A stretch of 64,000 bases of DNA from Gemmatimonadales bacterium (GTDB taxonomy: Bacteria; Gemmatimonadota; Gemmatimonadetes; Gemmatimonadales; GWC2-71-9). The position numbers and the translations under genes are program-made. The DNA is taken from contig JBBSHB010000002.1 in NCBI GenBank assembly GCA_038253515.1, forward strand, positions 824 through 64,823. Direction: 5' to 3'. A model generated the notes under the pieces. The model made no database searches. It was not told where the DNA came from and was given only the letters and a program-made list of their open reading frames with translations. Shown piece by piece: positions 16,669 to 25,617 of the stretch (the first letter of the stretch is position 1; the number at the start of each line of letters is the position of its first letter).

Positions 16669-17913
16669 GTGGCCCTGCCGCTTCGCTTGCTCCAAAAATC
16701 GTCGGCTCTCCGGACCGCGGTGGCTTTCGGCCTCGGCGGCGTCGGATACGCCTTGGGCAACTTGCTGCTGGCGCGGGTGCTTCCGCCCGCACAATTCGGC
16801 GTCTTTACTCTGTTTCTCGCGCTGGTTCAGATTGGAGCGTCCCTGGCCCCGATCGGCCTCGAGGGTCAAGTGAACCGCCGGCCAGGGGCGAGGGTCTCTC
16901 CCGGGCGACCGCTGCTCACCTCACTCGTCGTAGCGGCAGCAACCGCCATCCTCGCCGCGGCACTGTACGGAATGGGCGTGGCGCTGATTGTCGCCTTGAT
17001 CATCAGCATCACCGCCGGCGGCACTGCCCGCGTGGCCTCGGCCATCTTCCAGAGCCGGCTCCGGTTCGGCCTTGCCCTCAGCCTCTCGCAGGGCCTTGCG
17101 CTGATGCTGGTCGGCATGGGAGCGGTCGCGGTGATTGCCGGTGGGGCGCAGCTCCGGCTGCTCGCCGCACTCGTAGCGGGATACTATGTGATCTCGTCCA
17201 GCGTCGGCTGGGGAATACTGGCACGCGAGAGACCTCAGGGTGCAACCGAGGGGCACTCGTTCTTAGAGGGCCTTAGTCTGCTCGGCATAACCGCCGCTGC
17301 GTTGATCCTCATGCAGCTCGAGCGCTTGCTGACCCCCCGGCTCTTGACTCTCGAAGACCTGGCCACTTTCGCGGTGGTGACTACCCTCGTCGGATCACCA
17401 CTGCGTATGCTGCAGATGGGAGCCGGATATACGTTGCTCCCGCGGCTCAGCACCGCCTCTTCCCCAGAAGAGCGCCAGCTGTTAGCTCGTCGCGAAGCGT
17501 GGGCTGTCGCGTTGATCGCCGGCTCTGGCTCGCTGCTCGTCTTCTTCGCAGCGCCCTGGGTCGCTGCCTCGCTGCTCGCCGGCAAGTATCACCTTTCGAC
17601 AGCATTGATGATCGCCGCCCTGGTGAGCGGGGCCGTCAAGCTGGCCGACGGGTTCGCGACGACGATCGTCTGGGCTCTCGGCAGTGCCCGGCAACTGGGT
17701 TTGCTGAACTGGGTGAGCTGGACCTGCGCCGGGGTTGGGGTCGCAGCGGCATGGCTGGGGGTCCGGTGGGGGCTGCTCGGTTTGATGTACGGCGTAACCG
17801 TGGGGTGGGTCTGCCGCGGCGCCCTTGCGAGTGCGCTCGCCTTCCGGCTGCTGCGCGGGTCTCCGGTACCCGGTGCGCTGCAGCCCGGATCGCCCGCCCG
17901 TATTCCTTCCTGA
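16669..17913 (+). CDS. Polysaccharide biosynthesis / Wzx-like (MOP) flippase-type membrane protein
   Basis: It is 414 aa and hydrophobic throughout, with roughly 12 predicted helices by eye. It sits next to glycosyltransferases. Confidence 0.65.
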   Translation: MALPLRLLQKSSALRTAVAFGLGGVGYALGNLLLARVLPPAQFGVFTLFLALVQIGASLAPIGLEGQVNRRPGARVSPGRPLLTSLVVAAATAILAAALYGMGVALIVALIISITAGGTARVASAIFQSRLRFGLALSLSQGLALMLVGMGAVAVIAGGAQLRLLAALVAGYYVISSSVGWGILARERPQGATEGHSFLEGLSLLGITAAALILMQLERLLTPRLLTLEDLATFAVVTTLVGSPLRMLQMGAGYTLLPRLSTASSPEERQLLARREAWAVALIAGSGSLLVFFAAPWVAASLLAGKYHLSTALMIAALVSGAVKLADGFATTIVWALGSARQLGLLNWVSWTCAGVGVAAAWLGVRWGLLGLMYGVTVGWVCRGALASALAFRLLRGSPVPGALQPGSPARIPS

Positions 17914-17923
17914 GCCCGCGACC

Positions 17924-18844
17924 ATGACTCGGCCGACAGTCACCGCCATCATCGCCATTCGCAACGGTGCGCCTACGATCGGGGTTTGTCTGGACGCAAT
18001 CGCCGGGCAGTCGTATTCAGTTGGGTCCACCATGGTTATCGATGACGCGAGCACCGACGACACAGTGAGGCGGGTTCGGGAACGCCGCGACCCAACGATG
18101 GAGATTGTTGAGCTCACCCAGAATGTGGGTCCTGCCGAAGCCCGCAACCGCGTCCTCCCCCGCGTGACCACCGACTATTTCTGGATCGTTGACGCCGACT
18201 GCGTCCCGGCGACCGATTGTCTGGCCAAGCTGTGCGCCGTCCTTTCGACGGACGCGACGATCGGCATCGTGGGTGGCCCGAATCCACAGGACCCGCGGAA
18301 GGTCACGTATGCCGCTGCTGCGTTCGACTTCTCGAACAGATACCTGGTGGACCCCGCAGCGCCTCCAACTGACGTGCCCTACGTCGTGGGCGCCAACATG
18401 CTGGTCCGCCGCGCGGTCATCGAGCAGGTCGGCTACTACGATGCGAGTCTCCGAATCGCCGAAGACTTTGATCTCTGCGTGCGGGCGCGCCAGGCTGGGT
18501 GGCGCGTCGTGTTCGAGCCAAGGGCGGTTTCGGAGCATCGCCACCCCCGCTCCACGGTCTTCAGTTATTTGCGTTACCAGTACAAGATTGGCCGCTATGG
18601 CTGCCGGTTTCGTGTGAAGCACCGCGACGCGGTCCCATTCGGCCGCTGGTATCCAACCACACCCGCACGGGCCGTGTTGCTCGCCCCGGTGTACGTCGCG
18701 ATGGCGCTCGGTCGGATTGTGGTGAAGAACGTTGGGGTAGGAGCAATTCGCCCGCTCCTCTGGTATTTCCCGCTTATCGCGTTCGGCCAATGCTGGGTCA
18801 TCGCAGGTGTAATCCGGGGGCTCGCAGATGTGAAGAGTCGATGA
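17924..18844 (+). CDS. Family 2 glycosyltransferase
   Basis: Motifs VTAIIAIRNGAPTIGVCLDAIAGQSY, VIDDASTDDT and WIVDADCV (DxD) are present. Confidence 0.85.
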   Translation: MTRPTVTAIIAIRNGAPTIGVCLDAIAGQSYSVGSTMVIDDASTDDTVRRVRERRDPTMEIVELTQNVGPAEARNRVLPRVTTDYFWIVDADCVPATDCLAKLCAVLSTDATIGIVGGPNPQDPRKVTYAAAAFDFSNRYLVDPAAPPTDVPYVVGANMLVRRAVIEQVGYYDASLRIAEDFDLCVRARQAGWRVVFEPRAVSEHRHPRSTVFSYLRYQYKIGRYGCRFRVKHRDAVPFGRWYPTTPARAVLLAPVYVAMALGRIVVKNVGVGAIRPLLWYFPLIAFGQCWVIAGVIRGLADVKSR

Positions 18845-18857
18845 ACGGCAATTGGGA

Positions 18858-19736
18858 TTACTGCAGATAGCCGTTGGCCCTCATTTCATCGCCGCAAATG
18901 GTCTCGAAGGTTCGGGTGTGGTGGGCATCCCACTCACGCCAGTGGGGAATCCCATAGGTCCCCGTGGCGTTGCGTTGAACACCCGTCTGCTGCTTCCAGA
19001 CGGATTGCGGCATGACCAGGCCAAACGGACTCAGGATCCGTTGCTCGAAGCATTCGTAGTCGCTGATGACCTCCTCGAACCTGACCGTGTTCCCGATACT
19101 GGTACGGAGGTGGTGATTTTCCACGCGCCAGTACCAGCACAGCTTGGCGAAGCGATCCATCGTGCGCCACTGGGCAAAGAACGGGTCGGATTCATGCGGC
19201 CTCAGCCACCACGTCCACATGTCTCCGGGCCTCAGGGCGGCCGTCGACATCATAGTCCGGACGACGTCCCGCCCGTCCCTCACCATGTGCAGGAATCCAG
19301 CCGCAGGAAAGTGGCGGCTCAAGGCATGGACGTGACGGCGAAGCAGCGAGTTGACCTCGCCATAGACATTGAAATCCGTCATGCGGGTCCGGAGATACAT
19401 TTCCTTCTTGCGAAACGAAGCTATGTAGCGCTCGGCATCATCCGAGCTGAAGAAAGCCCGTCGGTAGGCGTCGATATCGCTGCGTGCCGGCTCGTGAAAC
19501 ACGACGGCGCCGGCGGACAGGTTCAGCAAGTGCGACAGGAACGTCGTCCCGGAACGGCCGAGTGCCAGAATGAAAAAAAACCTTTTGCTCGCGATCCACT
19601 GCTCGACTTGGCGATTCGTAACCCCCAAATGCCGCGTCACCCGTAGCGTCTCCATCAAGCGCGATATCTCCGTGCGCACCCTCTCCGATCGCATTTTCAC
19701 CAAGGAGCGGGTACTCCGGGCCAAATCCAGATTCAT
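18858..19736 (-). CDS. PAPS-dependent sulfotransferase family protein
   Basis: A 5'-PSB-like motif (LGRSGTTFLSHLL) and a 3'-PB-like motif (HMVRDGRDVVRTMMS) are present. AAGGAG precedes the ATG. GC is visibly lower here. Confidence 0.8.
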   Translation of the reverse strand: MNLDLARSTRSLVKMRSERVRTEISRLMETLRVTRHLGVTNRQVEQWIASKRFFFILALGRSGTTFLSHLLNLSAGAVVFHEPARSDIDAYRRAFFSSDDAERYIASFRKKEMYLRTRMTDFNVYGEVNSLLRRHVHALSRHFPAAGFLHMVRDGRDVVRTMMSTAALRPGDMWTWWLRPHESDPFFAQWRTMDRFAKLCWYWRVENHHLRTSIGNTVRFEEVISDYECFEQRILSPFGLVMPQSVWKQQTGVQRNATGTYGIPHWREWDAHHTRTFETICGDEMRANGYLQ

Positions 19737-19749
19737 GTTGCGACTCCTT

Positions 19750-20913
19750 TCAGGTCCTGCCGTCGAACATTTCCCCCAGGATTCTATCGGCAGCCCGCTC
19801 CCAGGTTTTTTGGGGGGCCGTAGATAAGCAAAACTCCGACGCGCGCTGGAGTCGTTCAGGGGATTTCAGCAACTCAATGGTGATGGCCGCGATTTCTTGA
19901 GTATTGCAGGGATCCACCAGCCAGCCGGATCTTCCTTCATCGATGGCATCGGGAATGCCGCCGCTTCGGCCCCCGAGGGAAGGAAGGCCGCACGCCGCTG
20001 CTTCCAGGAAGACGAGGCCAAAGCCCTCCACATCCGGCGGCTCTTCCCGCGACAGCATGATAAAAAGATCGGCCACGTTATACAGCTCTACGATTTTCGA
20101 TAACGCCACCGGCCCCAAGAAGCTGACCTGAGCCTGCAAGCCCAGGCGGGTCGCCAGGTCCTGCAACCGCTGCTGGTCCGGCCCGGTGCCGACAACCAGG
20201 TATTTGACGCCGGGGACAGCCCGTAAAATGGCTGGAAGCGATTCCAACATGCGATCCACGCCTTTGTACGGATACAGACGCGTAACGGTGAGGAGGATTC
20301 TTTCGCCCCCTGGTTTGTACCTTGCCCGAGCCTCTGATGTTGCCAGCATTTTCTTGAAGATCGCCGGGTTCACACCGTTGTTGACCGTGACGATTGAGGC
20401 TTCATTCCCGCCTCCCTCCGAGAGCACGGCCTTGCGGGTATAATCGCTGACCGGGAAGACCTTCTTGGCCTCCTGAAACACCGCCCTCTTCAGCTTACGG
20501 GTCAGCACCGTCCGTACGCCGTTCGGCATGCTGGCAAAGTTCTCAAAGACTTCGGTGCCGTGCGCCGCCACGAAATAGGGAATCGCCGCTTCTCCTATCG
20601 CCCGGCGGCCTGCCGCACCATCGGGAAGCCAGATGGGGCAAAACACCGCATCGGGAGGCTGCCGCCGAATCATAACTCGCAGAGCCCGAGCGAACAGCGG
20701 GTAGCTGATGAGAGCGCTATGCGGAGCGGTGATTCGGGAGATTTGGTACGGCAGGTTCTGATCGAACTCGTGTATCCCGGGAAGCTTACGGCTGACCACA
20801 TGGACCCGTGCCCGCCGGCTGAACTGCACGGCCAATTCGTGGCCGTAGTTGGCCACTCCTCCCAGCAGGGGCTTGAAGTCATAGGCTGGTATGAGGATGC
20901 TTCTTTCTTTCAT
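19750..20913 (-). CDS. Family 4 (GT-B) glycosyltransferase
   Basis: The motif EGFGLVFLEAAACGLPSLGGRSGGIPDAI (E-x7-E) is present, and the N-terminus has the GGVANYGHEL motif. Confidence 0.9.
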   Translation of the reverse strand: MKERSILIPAYDFKPLLGGVANYGHELAVQFSRRARVHVVSRKLPGIHEFDQNLPYQISRITAPHSALISYPLFARALRVMIRRQPPDAVFCPIWLPDGAAGRRAIGEAAIPYFVAAHGTEVFENFASMPNGVRTVLTRKLKRAVFQEAKKVFPVSDYTRKAVLSEGGGNEASIVTVNNGVNPAIFKKMLATSEARARYKPGGERILLTVTRLYPYKGVDRMLESLPAILRAVPGVKYLVVGTGPDQQRLQDLATRLGLQAQVSFLGPVALSKIVELYNVADLFIMLSREEPPDVEGFGLVFLEAAACGLPSLGGRSGGIPDAIDEGRSGWLVDPCNTQEIAAITIELLKSPERLQRASEFCLSTAPQKTWERAADRILGEMFDGRT

Positions 20914-20956
20914 GGTCGGTAGACATGGCCCCTGGGGGGCGAATGGGACATCGTCT

Positions 20957-21418
20957 CTAACACGAAGCCGGTTTGCAAGACGCCAGGATCTTGCCGGTCG
21001 GCAGCAGGCTCATGTGCAGCGGGACGACGCTCCATGACACCGGAGGAACCCACTTGCCGCTGGTTGCCTCGGGCGGCACGGCGGTGATGGTATTGGCCGA
21101 CAAGGTGGCCGCTACAGCGCAGGTCACCGCCACGCCCGCCAGGGCAGCCGCGAGAGCAGGCGCGCGGCACGTCGGGAGGACGCGATATGGCTCACTGTGG
21201 AGTTCGGATCGTTATCTTCAATGCAGGAACCGAGCCATGGAACAGCCCTGCGGCGGGCGCGCAGGCCGCTAAAGTGCTGCCTCTGTCGCGCGAGTTCCAC
21301 GCGGGGTGACGCATGGAACGCCGACCTTCTTTCCGTTCGTGAGATCGAAGTGGTTCCCGCGGACGTACGTCATACCGACCCAAGCCGGGTCGGGCGCATT
21401 CGCATCCGACCAGGCACC
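20957..21418 (-). pseudogene. Degraded remnant of a third copper-radical-oxidase-like paralog (two out-of-frame fragments, truncated)
   Basis: My translations give two fragments. The first (21269-21418) reads SDANAPDPAWVGMTYVRGNHFDLTNGKKVGV, against DRPDPTLVGLTYVCGNDFDLTNGNAAQV in the 634-aa ORF-track product 14397-16301. The second (about 20981-21082) reads AVPPEATSGKWVPPVSWSVVPLHMSLLPTGKILA, against LSPEATTGSWGPVVDWPMVPLHMHLLPTGKILA in the 817-aa protein. Stops and a frame change lie between them, and no catalytic region remains. Confidence 0.65.
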
Positions 21419-21420
21419 GG

Positions 21421-23145
21421 TCAGTCCTCGCGCAGCCCGAAGACCGTCACGCCGCGGGTGGAGGTGACCGCCACCCGCTGTTTACCGTCGACCATGAAGG
21501 TGATCGGCGGCCCCATGTACCCCTTGTCCAGCTCGTAGCGCCAGAGCGGTTTGCCGGTCTCCGCGTCCAGGGCGTTCAGGTAGGCAGGCTCGGGGAAGAA
21601 GACGAGCCCGCCGGCCGTGGCCAGCGCGCCCCCCGTAATCAGCGGTGCCTTCACCTTGTGCTGCCAGCGGATCCTGCCGGTGGCGGCGTCCACGGCCGTG
21701 AAGGTGCCGAACCGCCCGTCGTCCTTGAATTCCATGAACCTCGCGAGGACGTGCGGCGGCGCGCCTGGTCGCCTGACCCTGGCCTCGGCCATCGCGGCCG
21801 AGTCAATCTTGTAGATCATCGGGATGTAGCTCCCGAGCACGTACACCGCGCCGGTCTTCGGAGAGTAGGCCACGGACGGCCAGTTGCTCCCGCCGCGGGT
21901 CCCGGGCGCGATGCGCACGCCCTCCGCGCTCGGCGCCGGAAAGGTGTTCTCGAGCGGCACGAACGGCTCCGATCGCCGGAGCAGCTTGCCGCTCCGGCGA
22001 TCGAGGATATACACCCATCCAGTCTTGCCGGCCTGGGCGACGGCCGGCACCAGCGCCCCGTCCTGCGGGACCTCCAGCAGCACCGGCGGACTCGCCGGGT
22101 CGTAGTCCCACTCGTTGTGCGGTACCATCTGGTAGTACCACCGAAGCTTGCCGGTGACCAGGTCGAGCGCGACGAGGGATGTGGTGTAGAGGTTGTCCCC
22201 CGGCGGAATGTGACCGTCCACGGGCGAAGGGTTGCCGATACCGAAGAAGATCAGGCCAAGCGCCGGGTCATAGGCGGGTGTGGTCCACACCGGCCCGCCC
22301 CCGTGCTTCCAGCTGTCGGCGTACACCGCGCTGTCGCGTCGTTCCTGCGCCGTATCTCGCGGGAGCCGGTCGCCCTCGGGTGTGGTCAGCGTCAGCCGGC
22401 CCCACCACCCGCCCTCCTCGGGCGACGGGATCGTGTAGAAGCGCCAGAGCCGCCGCCCCGTCTCCGGATCGTACGCATCCAGAAACCCGCGAATCCGGAA
22501 TTCACCGCCGCTCGTTCCGATGAGGATCTTCCCCCCTGCGGCGAGCGGCGCCATGCTGAACGAATAGCCGTCGGCCGGGTCCGCCTCCACCACCTGCCGG
22601 TCCCAGGCCACCTTGCCCGTCCGGCGGTCGAGCGCGATGAGATGCGCGTCCAGCGTTCCCACGTATACCTTGTCGCCGTAGAGCGCCACGCCGCGATTGA
22701 CCAGCCCGCAGCACAGCGCGGTGCCGCCCAGGTGGCGGTACCACGACCAGATCTCGCGTCCGGTGCGCAGATCCACGGCGATCACGTGGTTGCCCGGCTG
22801 GGCCAGCCGCATGCCGGGATCGGTATAGATCAGCACGCCATCGGCCACCACCGGCGTGCTCTCGGCGCGCATGTAGCTCTTGATGAGGCGCTGGGCGCCC
22901 TGCCGCCACAGCGGCTCCAGGCGGTGGACCGTCTCACGGTTGATCTGGGTGAACGGCGCAAACCGCTGGTTGGCGAAATCGCGGCCGTAGGTGAGCCAGT
23001 CGCCGCTCGAGTCAGCGGCGCGCAGCATGGAGTCGGTGACCGGTCGGACGGCCCGGAGCCGCTGGTCCCGCGGGCGCGAATGCAGCGCGAACGCGGCGGC
23101 CCCGAGGGCCACCAGCGCGAGCGTGCCGAGAAGGACTCTTCGCAT
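21421..23145 (-). CDS. PQQ-dependent dehydrogenase (quinoprotein beta-propeller)
   Basis: It has a signal peptide and the repeated motifs HLIALDRRTGKVAWD, SLVALDLVTGKLRWYY, FTAVDAATGRIRWQH and YLNALDAETGKPLWRY. Confidence 0.85.
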   Translation of the reverse strand: MRRVLLGTLALVALGAAAFALHSRPRDQRLRAVRPVTDSMLRAADSSGDWLTYGRDFANQRFAPFTQINRETVHRLEPLWRQGAQRLIKSYMRAESTPVVADGVLIYTDPGMRLAQPGNHVIAVDLRTGREIWSWYRHLGGTALCCGLVNRGVALYGDKVYVGTLDAHLIALDRRTGKVAWDRQVVEADPADGYSFSMAPLAAGGKILIGTSGGEFRIRGFLDAYDPETGRRLWRFYTIPSPEEGGWWGRLTLTTPEGDRLPRDTAQERRDSAVYADSWKHGGGPVWTTPAYDPALGLIFFGIGNPSPVDGHIPPGDNLYTTSLVALDLVTGKLRWYYQMVPHNEWDYDPASPPVLLEVPQDGALVPAVAQAGKTGWVYILDRRSGKLLRRSEPFVPLENTFPAPSAEGVRIAPGTRGGSNWPSVAYSPKTGAVYVLGSYIPMIYKIDSAAMAEARVRRPGAPPHVLARFMEFKDDGRFGTFTAVDAATGRIRWQHKVKAPLITGGALATAGGLVFFPEPAYLNALDAETGKPLWRYELDKGYMGPPITFMVDGKQRVAVTSTRGVTVFGLRED

Positions 23146-23163
23146 CCGCCAAAGATAACCCTC

Positions 23164-25617
23164 CTACTGCAGTCGGATGATTTGCGCCGCCGACGGAACC
23201 CCGTTCCGGTTGAGGACGAACAGCATGTAATGGCCTGGGGGTGCCTTATTCACGGTCGCCGGAGCGGTGACGGTCACCCCGGTCGAGGTCTGGGTGAACG
23301 TCAGCGTGTTCGCCCGCTGGCCCGCGTCGAAGGCGTGAGTGACCGAGCCGAGCCGTATCCAGCGCACCTCGGTGATCTGGGCCGCGTTCGGCGTGGCCAC
23401 GGAGAAGGTTTCCCCGGGGCCCACGCTGGCCGGGGCGCTCGTGATCGTCGGCCGCGCGCCCTTGAACAGGTACGGCGGCGAGAAGATCTCGTGGTTCTTT
23501 TCGTCGGGAACGATGTTGGCACCGGACATCGCGTTGCCGCTGGCGCCGTGGAGCACCGTGCCGTCGGGGAGAAGCAGGGACACTGAGTGATAGACCCGCA
23601 TTTTGCTGTTCGCGGCGAGCGTGGCCCACTCGGTGGGCTTCTTCGGGTCCCACAGCTCCGCCGTCCGCGCGGCGTCGGCGGGATTGATGTCCACGAAGCC
23701 GCCCCCACTCGTGCCTCCGGTGATCAAGACCGTGCCATCGGGCAGCACGGTGGAGTTGAGGTGCCGGCGGGGAACCGCCATCGAGCCTGCGCTGGTCCAG
23801 ACCGGTGATGTCGCGTTCAGGTCGATGGTCTCCGCGGTGGCCGTGGGCGTCGGGGACTTCGGGTCCGGCGTGTGCCAACCGAGATCGCCACCGCCGCCGG
23901 CGTACAGGATCTTTCCCGTTTCGTACATGACGGCCGTGCCATAGTCCCGGTTGAACTGGAAGGCCGTGTGACTCGGGCCGCTGATCCACTGGCCGCGCCC
24001 TGAAGGCGTCGAGCCGTCCACGTCGAACCAGCGCGAACGGATGCGCTCCCCAGCCATGAAGATGCGGCCGTTCTTCGGGTCCACGAAGTTGCGCGGGTAG
24101 TAGGGGATCCGCAGCGTGTCGGCACCGGGAAGCGGGACCCACCGGTCGTTTTCCCAGATCTCCGGCGTCGTCACTACGTTGCCGGCCTCATCCTGGCCAG
24201 CCATGGTGAGCATCCGCCCGTCGCCCAGCTCGGTGACGGTGGGGTACCAGCGGCCGAACGCCATCTTGGGCAGCCCGGCCACGAAGCTCTCACTCGTCGG
24301 ATCGAAGATGTTGGTGACGTCGATCCCCTGGGCGTCGGCCTTGTGCCCGCCGGACACCATGAGGCGACCATCCGGCATGAACGCATGCCCGGAGCAGAAC
24401 AGCATGGTGTCCACGTTGATCATCCGCGCGGTCGTCGGGGGTCCGCTGGCGGGATCCCAGAGCCGCGGCCTGCCCCCCATCGTCCCGTTGACGCCGGTGT
24501 CGTATTTGCCCCACGCCAGGATCTTGCCTGTGGGCAGCAGGTGCATGTGCAGCGGCACCATGGGCCAGTCGACCACCGGACCCCAGGACCCCGTCGTGGC
24601 TTCAGGAGAGAGCGCGGAGACGTTGACCGGGGAGGACGTCACGCTGGCCGAGCCGGTCATGAACTGGATGGTGTGCGTGCCGACGCCCATGATCCCCAGG
24701 TCGGCGAAGGCCGCGCGACCGTCCGCCCCGGAGACGGCGCTGGTGGCGCCTTGAAGGCTGCCCCCTCCCGACTGCATCGCCGCGGTGACCGTCACCCCAT
24801 TGGCAGGATTGCCCTGTGCGTCGGTCACCCGCACCACCGGCTGCTGATCCGGCGCCAGCACCTCCTGGTCGAGAGCCGAGGAGGGGGGCTGGACCACGAT
24901 CGCGAGCTGGCTCGCCGCACCCGCGAGCAGGGTGATCGAGGTCGACCCGACCGAGACCAGATCGGGGCCTGAAAAAGTGAGAATGTAGCTGCCGGCAGAT
25001 CCCACGAGACCCAGGTCGGTGAACGTCGCGAGCCCGGACGCGTCGGTCTGTACGACGGAGGTGCCGGTGAGGGTAGCGCCTTCGACCGAGGCGGTGACCG
25101 AGATGCCGGCGCCGAGCGGCTGGCCATTGCCGTCTTCGGCGCGGACCACCGGCTGCTGCGGGAGGGGCACGCCGCTTTCCGCCGCCGTGGACGGCTGAGT
25201 CATGATATGCAACTGCGGCACTGCACCGGCTTCACCGGTTGCGGTGAAGCCGACCGGCGGCAGGCCGGACACGGACGCGGTCGCCGCCTGAACGCCGGCG
25301 GTCCCGCCCAACACCCACCGAACCTCTGCATGGCCATCCGCGCCGCTGGTCACGCTGGAGCTGCTCACGGTGCCGTCCGTGCTCGCGCTCCAGGCGACGG
25401 CCACCCCCTCGAGCGGCTGCCCCTGATCATCCTTGACGACGACGACCAGCGACTCCGGGAGTGCCTGCCCGATGGGTCCGGTCTGAGCGTTGCCCGACAC
25501 GGCCGTCAGCGATGCCGGCTGGGTGCCCGGAGGCCCGACGTCCCCGCCGCATCGGAGAGAGGCCGCCGCCAGCGCCGCACCCAATACCCAGACTCGGAGA
25601 CTGCGTAGAACGCTCAT
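23164..25617 (-). CDS. Secreted protein with three Ig-like (Big-type) repeats fused to a copper-radical-oxidase-like domain
   Basis: It has a signal peptide, then three modules of about 90 aa (SLVVVVKDDQGQPLEGVAVAW.., QPVVRAEDGNGQPLGAGISV.., QPVVRVTDAQGNPANGVTV..). The oxidase motifs follow: MLFCSGHAFMPDGRLMVSGGH, GRWYPT, VYHSVSLLLPDGTVLHGASG and VTHAFDAGQR. Confidence 0.8.
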   Translation of the reverse strand: MSVLRSLRVWVLGAALAAASLRCGGDVGPPGTQPASLTAVSGNAQTGPIGQALPESLVVVVKDDQGQPLEGVAVAWSASTDGTVSSSSVTSGADGHAEVRWVLGGTAGVQAATASVSGLPPVGFTATGEAGAVPQLHIMTQPSTAAESGVPLPQQPVVRAEDGNGQPLGAGISVTASVEGATLTGTSVVQTDASGLATFTDLGLVGSAGSYILTFSGPDLVSVGSTSITLLAGAASQLAIVVQPPSSALDQEVLAPDQQPVVRVTDAQGNPANGVTVTAAMQSGGGSLQGATSAVSGADGRAAFADLGIMGVGTHTIQFMTGSASVTSSPVNVSALSPEATTGSWGPVVDWPMVPLHMHLLPTGKILAWGKYDTGVNGTMGGRPRLWDPASGPPTTARMINVDTMLFCSGHAFMPDGRLMVSGGHKADAQGIDVTNIFDPTSESFVAGLPKMAFGRWYPTVTELGDGRMLTMAGQDEAGNVVTTPEIWENDRWVPLPGADTLRIPYYPRNFVDPKNGRIFMAGERIRSRWFDVDGSTPSGRGQWISGPSHTAFQFNRDYGTAVMYETGKILYAGGGGDLGWHTPDPKSPTPTATAETIDLNATSPVWTSAGSMAVPRRHLNSTVLPDGTVLITGGTSGGGFVDINPADAARTAELWDPKKPTEWATLAANSKMRVYHSVSLLLPDGTVLHGASGNAMSGANIVPDEKNHEIFSPPYLFKGARPTITSAPASVGPGETFSVATPNAAQITEVRWIRLGSVTHAFDAGQRANTLTFTQTSTGVTVTAPATVNKAPPGHYMLFVLNRNGVPSAAQIIRLQ

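Noticed and set aside
20914-20975. Possible duplicated tRNA-Gln 3' end marking the far island border
   Set aside because: I found only a weak resemblance: TGGCCCCTGG versus the reverse complement TGGCCCTGG of the acceptor end. It is too short and is in inverted orientation, so it is not credible as an att repeat without alignment statistics.
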